This document shows positions 8,897 through 19,230 of a stretch of DNA of 64,000 nt, one piece after another. Under the pieces are notes generated by a model that searched no databases, was not told where the DNA came from, and was given only the letters and a program-made list of their open reading frames with translations. Every line of letters starts with the position of its first letter. The first letter of the stretch is position 1. The position numbers and the translations under genes are program-made. The stretch comes from a virus (Duplodnaviria > Heunggongvirae > Uroviricota > Caudoviricetes): IMG/VR virus record IMGVR_UViG_2693429668_000006; one strand, 5' to 3'.

Positions 8897-10215
8897 TCTT
8901 TATCTCCGATTCGATCTTCTGTATCGCGTAAGCAACGCGGCCATTTCAGTCGTGGGTGGCGTAAGCTGCCGTCCGGTGTTTTCTCGTGACAATGAACCTC
9001 AACAATACGACCACGGTACTTCTCTTTGTTGTTCCAGATCTCGTCCAGATATTTATGCTTAATGCCGCTCGCACGAACAATCACACCGTTTTCAAGGCGA
9101 ATAACAATTTTTCCAAGCGTGTTGGCAAAACCAGAGTCCGGGTCGCCCGACTCAAAGTCGATAATTTCACCATCTTCTGAATCTTCGTCTTTTAACTTCC
9201 ACCAGCTGCGGGTACGTTTAAACTCGTAAACAGAGTTCGGATCTTTGCCCATCTCCCCTTCTTCGTTATCGTCAAGGCGTTTCATGAAGCGTTCGATGAA
9301 GTCTTCGTGGCTATGGATGATATAGAACGGATGCAGGTGAATGTCTTGTGTGTAGCCTTCACTGCGATCGTTTTTGAACAACGCCACGAGAATAGCCAGG
9401 CGCTCTTTCAGCTTCATACCTGTCTTTGCATACTCTTTGGATTTAGCCTGTGCCCGCCATTCCGGTAGGAAGAAGTCGAAAACATGATAAATAGCGCCAA
9501 TTGCCTGCACGTTCTTTTTGCGCAATGCAGATACGGACTGGTTAAATGAACCGGCTGTTCCTTCACCATCGAAGAAGATGTGTTTGTGGCCTGAAAGTTT
9601 GCCTAATTCGAGCATTGCTGGCTTTAGGTGATCGAGAGACGTGATTGGATTACCAGTACGAGAAAGGAAGTTAACCTCTTCCTCGTCAACAATAACCTCG
9701 CAAATTACTCGCAAACCATCGAGCTTAAGACTGCCAATCATCGGCCATTTTGCTTTAGGGTTTGGCTTGAAGGGGTATTTGTCGCCTTTTTCTTTATACG
9801 GTGACGCCAGCTGCACCTCGAATTTCGGAATGGGATTTTCAAAAACCTTGTTGCATAGGCTAATCCCAACACCCGCTTTCGGGTCTTTTAAGAGGAAACG
9901 ACGGAACACGTCCTGCCCATCGGCGCACATTGACGCCACGATAGACTCAACAGCAGCTATTGCTGCGTTCCCCGTCAGCTCGCGAGAGGCCAGCTTATTC
10001 AGTACATCAATGGCTTTTTCGTCACTTGGGACGGACTCACTAAGCGGCTCTGCCACTTTGTATTTCTTTACCCCAAAACGGATGAAAGGGTTGAGCATCA
10101 ATGAAACCATGCTTTGTTCAAAGTCATCCATGTTGGCCAATGCCTCTTTTTTTGCATTGGTTCCCATAGCTTTCATTTCGTCCAGCTTATGCTTAAGTGC
10201 GATCAACTTTTTCAT
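8893..10215 (-). CDS. ATP-dependent DNA ligase
   Basis: Adenylation motif I KLDG in ...GSLKLDGLRVICE...; 440 aa. Confidence 0.75.
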   Translation of the reverse strand: MKKLIALKHKLDEMKAMGTNAKKEALANMDDFEQSMVSLMLNPFIRFGVKKYKVAEPLSESVPSDEKAIDVLNKLASRELTGNAAIAAVESIVASMCADGQDVFRRFLLKDPKAGVGISLCNKVFENPIPKFEVQLASPYKEKGDKYPFKPNPKAKWPMIGSLKLDGLRVICEVIVDEEEVNFLSRTGNPITSLDHLKPAMLELGKLSGHKHIFFDGEGTAGSFNQSVSALRKKNVQAIGAIYHVFDFFLPEWRAQAKSKEYAKTGMKLKERLAILVALFKNDRSEGYTQDIHLHPFYIIHSHEDFIERFMKRLDDNEEGEMGKDPNSVYEFKRTRSWWKLKDEDSEDGEIIDFESGDPDSGFANTLGKIVIRLENGVIVRASGIKHKYLDEIWNNKEKYRGRIVEVHCHEKTPDGSLRHPRLKWPRCLRDTEDRIGDKE

Positions 10216-10682
10216 TGTTGTTTTGCCTCCATATGTTGATCGATTTGCTCATGTGTTTCTTTTGTTGTTTCTTCAATCAACGCCGCATACACGTCAGTGA
10301 TCGCTGTTTGTGATGTGGCGCTCTTCTTAACCATGCTATTAATCATTACACTGTCACGTTTTCGTTTTATAGTTCTGGCTTGTTTATTCCGTTCTTCAAC
10401 CTCCTTAATGAGTGCGGTCATATCTTCGAAATACAGAGATTCTCCTTTACGAATCTCTTCAACCATCATTTTTAACGCCTTGCATTTGCCTGCTTTAATA
10501 GCGGTTGCGCACGACTGGAAAGACGTTCGAGGAAGACGGTTTTCTTTGAAGGCAAGAATGGTGTGCTGGCAAACGGAGTAGCTGCAATATGCCGACTCAC
10601 CGTTTATCTTTACTTCCTCACAACGAAGTGAATAACCGTTATTTCCTGAAATAGAAGGGACTTTTGACAAATCAGCTTTCAC
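10212..10682 (-). CDS. hypothetical protein, Cys-rich N-terminus
   Basis: ORF track; overlaps ligase start by 4 nt. Confidence 0.4.
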   Translation of the reverse strand: MKADLSKVPSISGNNGYSLRCEEVKINGESAYCSYSVCQHTILAFKENRLPRTSFQSCATAIKAGKCKALKMMVEEIRKGESLYFEDMTALIKEVEERNKQARTIKRKRDSVMINSMVKKSATSQTAITDVYAALIEETTKETHEQIDQHMEAKQQ

Positions 10683-10749
10683 AATTACCGCCAGAAATAA
10701 TCTTGTGCTTACCTATCATTATTTGCGTAAAAAACGACACACAGAGAGC

Positions 10750-11532
10750 TTACCAACTTCCCCAGCTAATCATCTTGCGCTGATCGCTTTCTAAGCGATA
10801 GGGGGCAAGAAGCTCTGTGACATGATTGGTGGCGTATGATTTGGCCTCTTGCTCTATCATCGGTAATTCGTTAGCAATCCTGACCATCTTCCCAGCAAAT
10901 TCCGCCATTACGCCATCACACGCCTTACCCGCATCAACAATGATATGCACAAGATCCAACTGGCTTTTGCACATGTCCCAAAGAGTCGAATATTCGCTCT
11001 CCCTGATTAGGTTTACAGCATCATTAGCCCCTTTATTAATCAAAACCTCCAACAGATTTGTCGGGGTGACGAAATCGGCTTTCAGAGACAATGTTGGTTC
11101 AGCTTTTACCGACAGCAAGTAATCTTCAAAGTTTTGCTTGTCTTCCAGCAAAGCTAAACTACGCATAGCTCGAATTGATTCTCGAATAACGGCTTCAATA
11201 TGTTCGTCACCTGGAGGACAGATAATGGTATCTGTATAGATGACTCTGCCATCAAACCACGCCCCAACCTGCACTTTTAGAGTTCGTAAGTTTTCTTTGC
11301 GTACAAAAACAACTAATGCAGAACGTCGTGCATGTGCAGGTTCGCCCCATACGCACAACTTAACCTTCAGATAAGGTAGCCCCGGTAGAGGGATCTCGAC
11401 CAAACGAGTGGCGATATGATCCATTGCCGTATTGACGGCTTTTTCAATGATGTCTAGCCGATTGCTCTCGCTGATTTCTAAACCAGTTTTATCAATGATG
11501 TTGCAGGCTAATCTCTTAATTTCTTCTTTCAT
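10750..11532 (-). CDS. hypothetical protein
   Basis: ORF track, 260 aa, no recognised motif. Confidence 0.45.
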   Translation of the reverse strand: MKEEIKRLACNIIDKTGLEISESNRLDIIEKAVNTAMDHIATRLVEIPLPGLPYLKVKLCVWGEPAHARRSALVVFVRKENLRTLKVQVGAWFDGRVIYTDTIICPPGDEHIEAVIRESIRAMRSLALLEDKQNFEDYLLSVKAEPTLSLKADFVTPTNLLEVLINKGANDAVNLIRESEYSTLWDMCKSQLDLVHIIVDAGKACDGVMAEFAGKMVRIANELPMIEQEAKSYATNHVTELLAPYRLESDQRKMISWGSW

Positions 11533-11657
11533 ACCAACTCCTAGCTAACGGATGAAAGTATTCTTACAAAAACTTAAGTATGTATCTACTTATCATTTTA
11601 GGTGCAATAGTTCTTTATACTAAGATGCCGGGCATATCCTCAGCCCAGCATTCACCT

Positions 11658-12071
11658 TTAATGAGCTACAGCCTCACTGTTGCACATCTTTCTGTAGACC
11701 TGCTTATAACGCTGTAAATCATGAGGATCATTAGGTGCCAACGACTTCGATAGGATTTTGTATACCACCCCTTTTGAAAACATGCCCTTTGGCTTCATTT
11801 CGAGTTCAACAACATATGAGTGATAGCCCACGTATGCACCAAAGCCATTTTTGGCGTTTAATTCACCACACACAAAGCCTGTCACACTCCCATCATCATG
11901 ATCAGTCCTGACAAACTTATCTTTCCTAAACATCACCGACGTGGGATCTTTCATATCATCCGCAATTGCCTGTTGGCCCAGAGTAATAGCCTTCTCGTCT
12001 GTAGGCTTACACCCAACTAATGCAAACAACGACAATAAAGCACCTGTTAAAATCAACTTCTTTTTGCGCAT
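11658..12071 (-). CDS. lipoprotein
   Basis: N-terminus MRKKKLILTGALLSLFALVGC (lipobox LVGC). Confidence 0.55.
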   Translation of the reverse strand: MRKKKLILTGALLSLFALVGCKPTDEKAITLGQQAIADDMKDPTSVMFRKDKFVRTDHDDGSVTGFVCGELNAKNGFGAYVGYHSYVVELEMKPKGMFSKGVVYKILSKSLAPNDPHDLQRYKQVYRKMCNSEAVAH

Positions 12072-12298
12072 TTTGACTTCCCTTTATTTATATTTATCGT
12101 AGGTATTAGTTAACCAAAACACGAGCCGTGTCACAATAATTCCATAGCTCATTATTTCCATCAGTGATTAATATCACATCAACTTTACAGTTCATAAATT
12201 ATCAAAGCTGACAGATTAACTAAATTTAAGTACCCTTTTCGCACACTTGACGCTTGCCGCGTCTAAACTGTTCATCCTATATCAACAGAACATAAAAT

Positions 12299-13552
12299 AT
12301 GAAACTCATAAAACCTTCATCGTTGCTGGCATTAGCTTTGCTTTTCGGCCCTGGATACGTTAACGCAGATAATAAACAAACGCTGATCGACGCCGCCACC
12401 GCAGGAGATACCACAGCACAAAGTGCGTTAGGGACAAATTATTTGGATGGGGCTAATGGCTTTGATGAGGATTTAGTAGAGGCCAAGAAGTGGATCGATC
12501 TCGCCGCAGAAAAGGGAGATAAAGTAGCATATTATGCGCTTGGGGTTATGTACACAATTGGGAAGGGAGTAGATAAAGATCTAAATAAGGCCGTTGAGTA
12601 CTACAAACTAGCAGGAAATGCTCGCAACGGCAGTGCTTACCATAATCTTGCCGTTATATACGAACGAGGTTGGACTGGAAAGGAGGACCCAGAAGCTGCT
12701 TTAAAATATCACAAACTAGCAGTAGAAGCTGGTGATATACCTTCGCTTGCCTATATGGGATATTTATATCAATACGGTAAGGGAGTTCCGAAAGATTACA
12801 AGAAAGCATTTAAATCTTATAAAAAGGCTGCGGATAGTGGAAATGCCGCAGGAATGTATGGGCTAGGCTCTATGTACGACGATGGTGTTGCTGTTAAGCG
12901 CAACAATAAAGAGGCAATTAAGTGGTACTTGAAAGCAGCTGAATTAGGAAATAATAACGCCATGAGCGCGCTTGGATACAAGTTGATGCATGGAGAAGGT
13001 ATAAAAAAAGACTATTCGAAGGCCAGAAGTCTTTTAGAACAAGCAATCAGCTTAGGAAATGATTATGCCATGAACCACCTTGGTTACATGTATCTTAAGG
13101 GATTGGGCGTCAAACAGGATTATCGGAAAGCATCAGAGCTTTACCAAGCTGCTTGCGATAAAGATGACGAAACGGGCTGCGAAAACGTTGCTGCAATGAA
13201 AGCAAAAGGTACGTTCCGTTCGCCTTCAAAACAGCAAAATGCCAAATCTGACACTCAGCGACTTATTGCTAAATCCATTGATAAAGGCGTTAACGCAACA
13301 TTTACCTGGCAGGGTGATGATGCCGTCTTCACCGCTAATGATGGCAAAGTTGACTGCACCTTCTTGAAGGATTTTTCAGAGAAAGGAGGCAATCTGGCTA
13401 CCTCGTTTGTTTGCACCGATAACGTTCAAATCATCCTGAAGCAATTCAGAGATACCAAGAATGCCTACCTCGCGGTAATGACTGACAACTTCAACACAGA
13501 AGTTAAATCATTTTCGGTCAATGTTTACGTGACTAATACTGGTTCAAACTAA
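12299..13552 (+). CDS. secreted Sel1-repeat (TPR-like) protein
   Basis: Signal peptide MKLIKPSSLLALALLFGPGYVNA; repeated A-x-Y-x-L-G-x-M-Y-x-x-G-x-G-V-x-x-D/K units typical of Sel1 repeats; plus-strand island among minus-strand genes. Confidence 0.6.
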   Translation: MKLIKPSSLLALALLFGPGYVNADNKQTLIDAATAGDTTAQSALGTNYLDGANGFDEDLVEAKKWIDLAAEKGDKVAYYALGVMYTIGKGVDKDLNKAVEYYKLAGNARNGSAYHNLAVIYERGWTGKEDPEAALKYHKLAVEAGDIPSLAYMGYLYQYGKGVPKDYKKAFKSYKKAADSGNAAGMYGLGSMYDDGVAVKRNNKEAIKWYLKAAELGNNNAMSALGYKLMHGEGIKKDYSKARSLLEQAISLGNDYAMNHLGYMYLKGLGVKQDYRKASELYQAACDKDDETGCENVAAMKAKGTFRSPSKQQNAKSDTQRLIAKSIDKGVNATFTWQGDDAVFTANDGKVDCTFLKDFSEKGGNLATSFVCTDNVQIILKQFRDTKNAYLAVMTDNFNTEVKSFSVNVYVTNTGSN

Positions 13553-14797
13553 TGCTGCTATACCTTTTACCTTGCTTAAAAGTTCAAGCTGTCGTGAGTA
13601 AGGTTTTGCGCAATAGTAGGCTTTGATAATCTGCCCCGGTGTCGCATCGCCGGGGTCGAGTCCTTCCTCGCCCAAACACGCAACTTTGACATTAAGACCA
13701 ATACTGGTCAGTCGCCTGGCTGCGGCCATCGTGTTTCGTATAGCTTGCTTTTCACTATCCCACATCATGATCACATTACGTAATCCACGCGCCTTGAGCG
13801 TCAGGAACGCGCCCAACTGATCTTCTGCATCCTGAGTGGTGTTGCCAGATAGATGCATCCCGAACGTTCCTATTGGCTCCACGTAATCACGTAATGTTTC
13901 TTCGTCGAAAATAGCTCGTTTGACCCCCATAACATCGAACGCACCCTCACAGACAACTACAGTCTGTTTGCCGACTGCATTATGGCCGTTGTAGAGAAAT
14001 TTACCTGAAGCTGGAAGCTGCATAGGAAAGAGGTAGCGGCGTTCTGCTGTACCGGTAATGTCTCGTCCCTGAAATGTCTTCATTACCCCATCCAGATCGT
14101 AAACCGGTATCAGTATTCGCATATCGAATATCTGCCCTTTTACCTGATCTGTATACGGATCTACATAAGCGTGCTTGCCTTCGACGCAGTATCGTAGGTC
14201 AAAATACTTTGCCATTTCAGGTGATATGTTTCGTTCAACCAGATAGTCTGGAAGACGGCCATCTATAGGAAGCTCGTAATGACGAGGGAGTGCAACTGGC
14301 CCCTCTAACTCGACTGTGCTTGCAAGCACTAGCTCTTCTTTCTTTGGTGTCCACCCCTGGGAAAGAAGAGCGTTCTGCACATATTCCTCGAACTGTCGTC
14401 GTGATTTACCGCTGTAGTGCTTGAGGAAGACCAGCTTATTGAACTGAATCTCTTCGGGATGATCACCAGCGAAGCATTTGCCGACGCCACTGGTCAGATT
14501 GAAATATACCTTCCAGTTGGAGCTGCCGCATACCGGACACTCTTTGATATTCACTTCACGACCGCGAGCACTCACGCCTCCACGTCGATAAACGATACCT
14601 TCAGTATCCAACCATTGTTCAAAATCTAATTCGGCAATTAGCTCTTTCAGCTCGCTCACGATAATTCCACTTTTAACAGGCAATATTGTGACCAACCTAA
14701 ATGTTGATATAACATAAAGGCTCATGTGTTTTTCTTTTGTGGTTTGGCAAAAGAAAAGTTGTTTCACCAATGAATCAAGCGTGGAGGTGTTCTCCAC
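13544..14797 (-). CDS. DnaG-like DNA primase (zinc ribbon + TOPRIM)
   Basis: CPVCGSS...GKCFAG zinc-binding motif and TOPRIM-like VVVCEGAFDVMG; start position uncertain. Confidence 0.6.
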   Translation of the reverse strand: MENTSTLDSLVKQLFFCQTTKEKHMSLYVISTFRLVTILPVKSGIIVSELKELIAELDFEQWLDTEGIVYRRGGVSARGREVNIKECPVCGSSNWKVYFNLTSGVGKCFAGDHPEEIQFNKLVFLKHYSGKSRRQFEEYVQNALLSQGWTPKKEELVLASTVELEGPVALPRHYELPIDGRLPDYLVERNISPEMAKYFDLRYCVEGKHAYVDPYTDQVKGQIFDMRILIPVYDLDGVMKTFQGRDITGTAERRYLFPMQLPASGKFLYNGHNAVGKQTVVVCEGAFDVMGVKRAIFDEETLRDYVEPIGTFGMHLSGNTTQDAEDQLGAFLTLKARGLRNVIMMWDSEKQAIRNTMAAARRLTSIGLNVKVACLGEEGLDPGDATPGQIIKAYYCAKPYSRQLELLSKVKGIAALV

Positions 14798-14806
14798 GCT
14801 TATTTT

Positions 14807-16147
14807 TTAGGTAACGTCTAAGATTCGCTCAATGAAGCGCATTTGTTCGAGGTTTTGTTTAACGCGAATGCTGATCCCTCCCTGCTGGTTACGTGAACCG
14901 GCAAAGTAGAGACGAGCCTCTCCTTTCGCTTCTTCTTCTTCGGTTTTGTTGATCGTTATTACCAGGTCAGCAATACGTACTTTTTCGATGTTGTCGGCAG
15001 CGTGCATCATTGTGGCAACTTCTGACGCGCCACCTTCACGGTTTGTCTGCGATGCCGTGATCCCAGCAACGTTATGCTTGTCATAAAGAGCACGTAAATC
15101 GGTGTAGATACTACGAATGTTGGCGCGATCATCACGAAGGTCATAACTGGCACGCATCAAATCTGCGTAGTCGACAACAACCATGTCAGGCACCATGCCG
15201 TTGGCTTTCATGCTGTTAAGCATACGGTCCAGATCTGCCGGTGACATACTTCCTGACGGACGCTCAACAACCCACAAACTACCAATCCCCTTAGAGGCTC
15301 CCAACTCTGCCAACTTACGATGAACTTCATCGCGCCGTTCCACCAACTTGGACATTTCCGTCTCCGACAATCTTGCATCAAAACGGTCGGACAAAATGTT
15401 GGTGTGAACCTCCAGCGAGAGATACAGAACATTGTAGCCAGCAAGCGTTGCGTTTATGGAAAACTCGCCCATTGCGGTCGATTTACCGGATTTAGCGAAC
15501 CCCATGAAGAGCACCATTTCGCGCTTTGCCCAGCCTTTTTGGTACAGCAACCTATCGAGAAGAGGGAGTCCAGTTGTAATACTGTTTGGTACATACTCCT
15601 CTGAAGCCTCATATTCACGCGCTTTCAATCGCTCACTTGCGGAGGTGTAGTAGTCATAGATTCCGGTCGCTTCGTTCGATCCAATCTGCTGAACCTTGGC
15701 CATGATTGCCATCGCCCCCTGAAAGTCGCCCTTCTCTTTCAGTTCAGCAGCCTTAATCAGAGCATCATCAAACGCTACGCTTTTTGCGAAGGTTGATACC
15801 TGGTCAACCATGTACGAGGTATCGGACAATTTTTCTGCAAGGATGCGCTTAAACGCAACAACAACATCGGCGAATAGTTCCTCACGGATAGTCTTATCGC
15901 GTTTCGCACGCTTAAGCATATCCAGAATTGCAGATGAAGAGGGCGCGCTCTTGTACATACGGTAATAGCCCGAAACCATATTAACCAATATGGCATTGGC
16001 CGCATTGGCAAATTGGCTAGGCACAACCAGATCTCCCGCACGAGTAAGAAACTCGTGATCACGACAAAAATATGCCGTCAGTCTGTTCTGGAAATCTTCA
16101 TCAAACTCTTCGGACAGCCCGCGTCCTGTATGGCAAAGTTCGGTCAT
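14807..16147 (-). CDS. DnaB-family replicative helicase
   Basis: Walker A GFAKSGKST, Walker B VVVDYADLM, RecA-like C-terminal domain. Confidence 0.7.
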   Translation of the reverse strand: MTELCHTGRGLSEEFDEDFQNRLTAYFCRDHEFLTRAGDLVVPSQFANAANAILVNMVSGYYRMYKSAPSSSAILDMLKRAKRDKTIREELFADVVVAFKRILAEKLSDTSYMVDQVSTFAKSVAFDDALIKAAELKEKGDFQGAMAIMAKVQQIGSNEATGIYDYYTSASERLKAREYEASEEYVPNSITTGLPLLDRLLYQKGWAKREMVLFMGFAKSGKSTAMGEFSINATLAGYNVLYLSLEVHTNILSDRFDARLSETEMSKLVERRDEVHRKLAELGASKGIGSLWVVERPSGSMSPADLDRMLNSMKANGMVPDMVVVDYADLMRASYDLRDDRANIRSIYTDLRALYDKHNVAGITASQTNREGGASEVATMMHAADNIEKVRIADLVITINKTEEEEAKGEARLYFAGSRNQQGGISIRVKQNLEQMRFIERILDVT

Positions 16148-16166
16148 GTGCTTTCCTTTGTTTTTT

Positions 16167-16182
16167 AAACAAATTGTTTTCT
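16167..16182. promoter_or_regulatory. operator-like palindrome AAACAAATTGTTTTCT upstream of helicase gene
   Basis: Member of recurring AACAAnTTGTT motif family. Confidence 0.4.
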
Positions 16183-16190
16183 AGTATTAG

Positions 16191-16940
16191 TTAATTAGAT
16201 AGGGGATCAATAAACCGCCGTGCTTCTTCCAGTTCTTCTGGAAAGTGGGCGGAAATAAGGCGCTCTGGAACGATTTCCATTAGCCAGATAGCGGAGAAAA
16301 TTGCGCGTATGCGCTTACTGCGAGGGATGGTGCGCAAACGCTCCAGAATCCACTCAAAATAGCTTTCCTGAATCGGGTTGAACTGCATGTCTCCCATATG
16401 CTTAAAGCTAACCAGAGAGTCATCCAGACGGGTTGTTGCGCGTCTGGCTAATTTCTCTTCAAATATCTCAATCAGTTCTGGCTGCCACAAATGCTGTGGG
16501 CGAGGCAGCTTGTCCCACAGACGTCGTGCAGCTGCGGAAAGAACAGTGGAGATAAAGTAGTCGTATGAGCAGCAATAGCGATCCGCAAACTGGCGTGCTT
16601 TCCATAGCGACGTTTTATTAGCAGTCGACAACTCCTGATAAGGCAAGCGTTTTAACCCGGTGGTGAACGGAGCTGTTTCAAAGTGTTCACGACCGTGCGT
16701 CAGCATGATATTTGAGTACTGACGTTTGTATGCCTCCGTAAACAGACAGGTGGCCATGAGAGGATGCATATCGCGGTAATCAAACCACTTCGTCTCAAAC
16801 AGTTCAGCCTCGTCTTTGCAGCGCGACAAACCAATGTTTTCAGCAACCCACTTGTCCATAACAGCGGTATTCCACTCTGTCATGAAGTCGTACTGGTCGT
16901 TGTCGATGGTATCGAAAAAGATTTGGCTCATGTGGCTCAC
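16191..16940 (-). CDS. hypothetical protein (replication region)
   Basis: ORF track, 249 aa. Confidence 0.45.
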   Translation of the reverse strand: MSHMSQIFFDTIDNDQYDFMTEWNTAVMDKWVAENIGLSRCKDEAELFETKWFDYRDMHPLMATCLFTEAYKRQYSNIMLTHGREHFETAPFTTGLKRLPYQELSTANKTSLWKARQFADRYCCSYDYFISTVLSAAARRLWDKLPRPQHLWQPELIEIFEEKLARRATTRLDDSLVSFKHMGDMQFNPIQESYFEWILERLRTIPRSKRIRAIFSAIWLMEIVPERLISAHFPEELEEARRFIDPLSN

Positions 16941-17045
16941 CTGGTAGGTAGTTACTTACTTATCACAATGAGCGGATGATAGCGACTGGTGGCAGTTTTT
17001 GGAAGTGGAAACGGAAGGGACTTGTTCTGGTGGGTGTCTTTAAAA

Positions 17046-17104
17046 GACCTGCTTCTGTATATACAAATAATAAGTAACTTATTAAATACATACGGAAGCA
17101 GGTC
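17046..17104. repeat. 59 bp imperfect palindrome with AT-rich core TAATAAGTAACTTATTA
   Basis: Arms GACCTGCTTCTGTAT / ATACGGAAGCAGGTC; related copy at 49164..49218. Confidence 0.55.
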
Positions 17105-17112
17105 ATAATCTA

Positions 17113-18819
17113 TTAATGATTGAGTATTTTATTAACACGCAGCTTATTAAGTGTTGATTTTGAAGCAACTTCCTCCAAAGCTTCTATTGCTTTATCAGTG
17201 ATGCTCTTCTGTTCGTCTGTCGGGTGTTGCATACCCTTGAACTTGAGCATAGTCTCTTCTACTAAATTCAAAGCATCCTGATCACAGGATAATATCCAGT
17301 TTACGTAATCATCTTTAGAAAAACTGTTAAGAATATTCACATCACTATGGTTAAATCTTCCACCAGCTATTTTTTTTATAATTTTATCTAAGTTATAGTC
17401 ATCTGGATTTCTATCTTTCAATTTTTTTTCAATTCTGAAACCTAATTCTTCATTTCCGAAGATCTCTACTCGCAAAGAATTAAATGTAGCATACGCATTG
17501 TCTTTATTAACAAAAGCATCTGCATATGCCTCTATAATATTATTACAATCTCTATCCAATTTGATTAGGACATTTATTAAACCTACGAACTGTCCAATTG
17601 GTATACGCAACAGACTATCGTTAATTACGCGCTCAATTTGAAAAATAAACTCTGATTCATTATCTTTAAAAGAGTTTCTAAAAACATCCCAAATTTTATA
17701 AACCTCACATAAAACCCTATTATCTCTATATTGTTCATTTTTTTCTTTTATTATATTTAGAATATTGCTTTCAGAAGACACATAACCGTTCTTAAGGTAA
17801 AAATCTATATCATCATCGAAAGCACTTTCTGCTCGTTCATAAATAATATCAAGGCTATTAACAAATGAATATACAGAGTTAACTTCTTCCTTTTCATCTT
17901 TATCATCTAACATATAGTCGAATGCATGTATATTTTTGATTGACTCCTTAAATGAAGCATAATCAACGCTAGGAACACCAAAATAGTAAACCACTGAAAA
18001 TAAGACCAATCTATTAATAAAACTTTCTCTAACCTTATCCTCTGCTAACTTTAGCACATCTCTAAATATAACTAGAGATGATTTTATTTTATTTAATATT
18101 CTAATGTTTTTGATGTTTAAATCATTTGCTAGGTTTTTTAACAAAAGAAAATCAGGGTCAGTCTCATAAAAAACTTTTCTTAAGTTTTTCTCAGGCGTGG
18201 GATCGTATTTTATTTCCACATCAATTATTTTTTCTCTATACTCTAAAAACTGTTGTTGTGCAGTTTCTTCATGTAAGTTATCTTCATTTAATATTAGAAC
18301 AACCTTGCAATTTTTTCTTCTTGCCAACTCATCAATTACCCCCATAATCTCTTTAATTTCTAGCGCACTACCTTTTCGTTCAATATCATCAATGCAAACC
18401 AAATAATTATTAACAAATTTATACTCAAGAGATGACAGCAGATTATCAGTTTTGAACCCAAAAAAATCGTTCTTTCCAAAATGTATTAAAAATTTTGACA
18501 AGGAGTTGTATTTCAACCATCCCCAAAACCCATTTCTATAACGAATCATAGTTCGATCCGTTTCAGATAAAATCAGTTCTTTATATTTCTTTTCATTAAT
18601 TGGTGTGGCACAATGATAAAGAGCTTTTTTAATGTCTCCAATAGAATTTATTCCAAACAAAGAAACATATGAATATGCATTAAAATCTAATTTTTTAGAA
18701 TGTTTAGTATAAAAGCTATTCCAATAATGCGTTTTACCTACTCCCCAATTTCCTTTTATGACAGCAACCCGATGATCTGAGTCCAAAAAATTTTTTAAAA
18801 ATACTTCTATCGATTCCAT
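17113..18819 (-). CDS. KAP-family P-loop NTPase (candidate defence or abortive-infection protein)
   Basis: N-terminal Walker A KGNWGVGKTHYW matches KAP signature GxWGxGK[ST]; 568 aa; strongly AT-rich relative to neighbours. Confidence 0.55.
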   Translation of the reverse strand: MESIEVFLKNFLDSDHRVAVIKGNWGVGKTHYWNSFYTKHSKKLDFNAYSYVSLFGINSIGDIKKALYHCATPINEKKYKELILSETDRTMIRYRNGFWGWLKYNSLSKFLIHFGKNDFFGFKTDNLLSSLEYKFVNNYLVCIDDIERKGSALEIKEIMGVIDELARRKNCKVVLILNEDNLHEETAQQQFLEYREKIIDVEIKYDPTPEKNLRKVFYETDPDFLLLKNLANDLNIKNIRILNKIKSSLVIFRDVLKLAEDKVRESFINRLVLFSVVYYFGVPSVDYASFKESIKNIHAFDYMLDDKDEKEEVNSVYSFVNSLDIIYERAESAFDDDIDFYLKNGYVSSESNILNIIKEKNEQYRDNRVLCEVYKIWDVFRNSFKDNESEFIFQIERVINDSLLRIPIGQFVGLINVLIKLDRDCNNIIEAYADAFVNKDNAYATFNSLRVEIFGNEELGFRIEKKLKDRNPDDYNLDKIIKKIAGGRFNHSDVNILNSFSKDDYVNWILSCDQDALNLVEETMLKFKGMQHPTDEQKSITDKAIEALEEVASKSTLNKLRVNKILNH

Positions 18820-18870
18820 TGGTGTCTATCCTTCAACTCATATATTGGGCGTAACAAACGCCCAATATAA

Positions 18871-19230
18871 TCACCCTTTCTTCATCAACTCGCGTTTAAT
18901 TTCATCGGTACGCATCGTGACATCGGCAGCTGTGATCGCCTCGTTAAGTTTCACGATGTCCTCGATTTCCTGCGGTGTCTTCTCCGCAAGATGGAAAATA
19001 GCAGCACGAATCACGTCAGAACGAGTGAACTTCTCGAAGCGAGGGATGAACTTCATCATCTCCAGCAGTTCGAAGTATTCGTCCTCCAGTGACATTGTGC
19101 GGCTTTTAATTTTCTCTTTGCCACGAGTCGGGCGTCCCTGTGGTCTGACTGGTTGGCGCAAAGGAGTTGTGTTCTTAGCCGGTGCATCAGGCTCTTTGCG
19201 CTTTGCTAGGTCACCCATTTTCATGGACAT
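18871..19230 (-). CDS. small partition protein (ParG-like ribbon-helix-helix centromere-binding protein)
   Basis: 119 aa, immediately downstream of ParA with overlapping start/stop; RHH-like C-terminal segment. Confidence 0.45.
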   Translation of the reverse strand: MSMKMGDLAKRKEPDAPAKNTTPLRQPVRPQGRPTRGKEKIKSRTMSLEDEYFELLEMMKFIPRFEKFTRSDVIRAAIFHLAEKTPQEIEDIVKLNEAITAADVTMRTDEIKRELMKKG

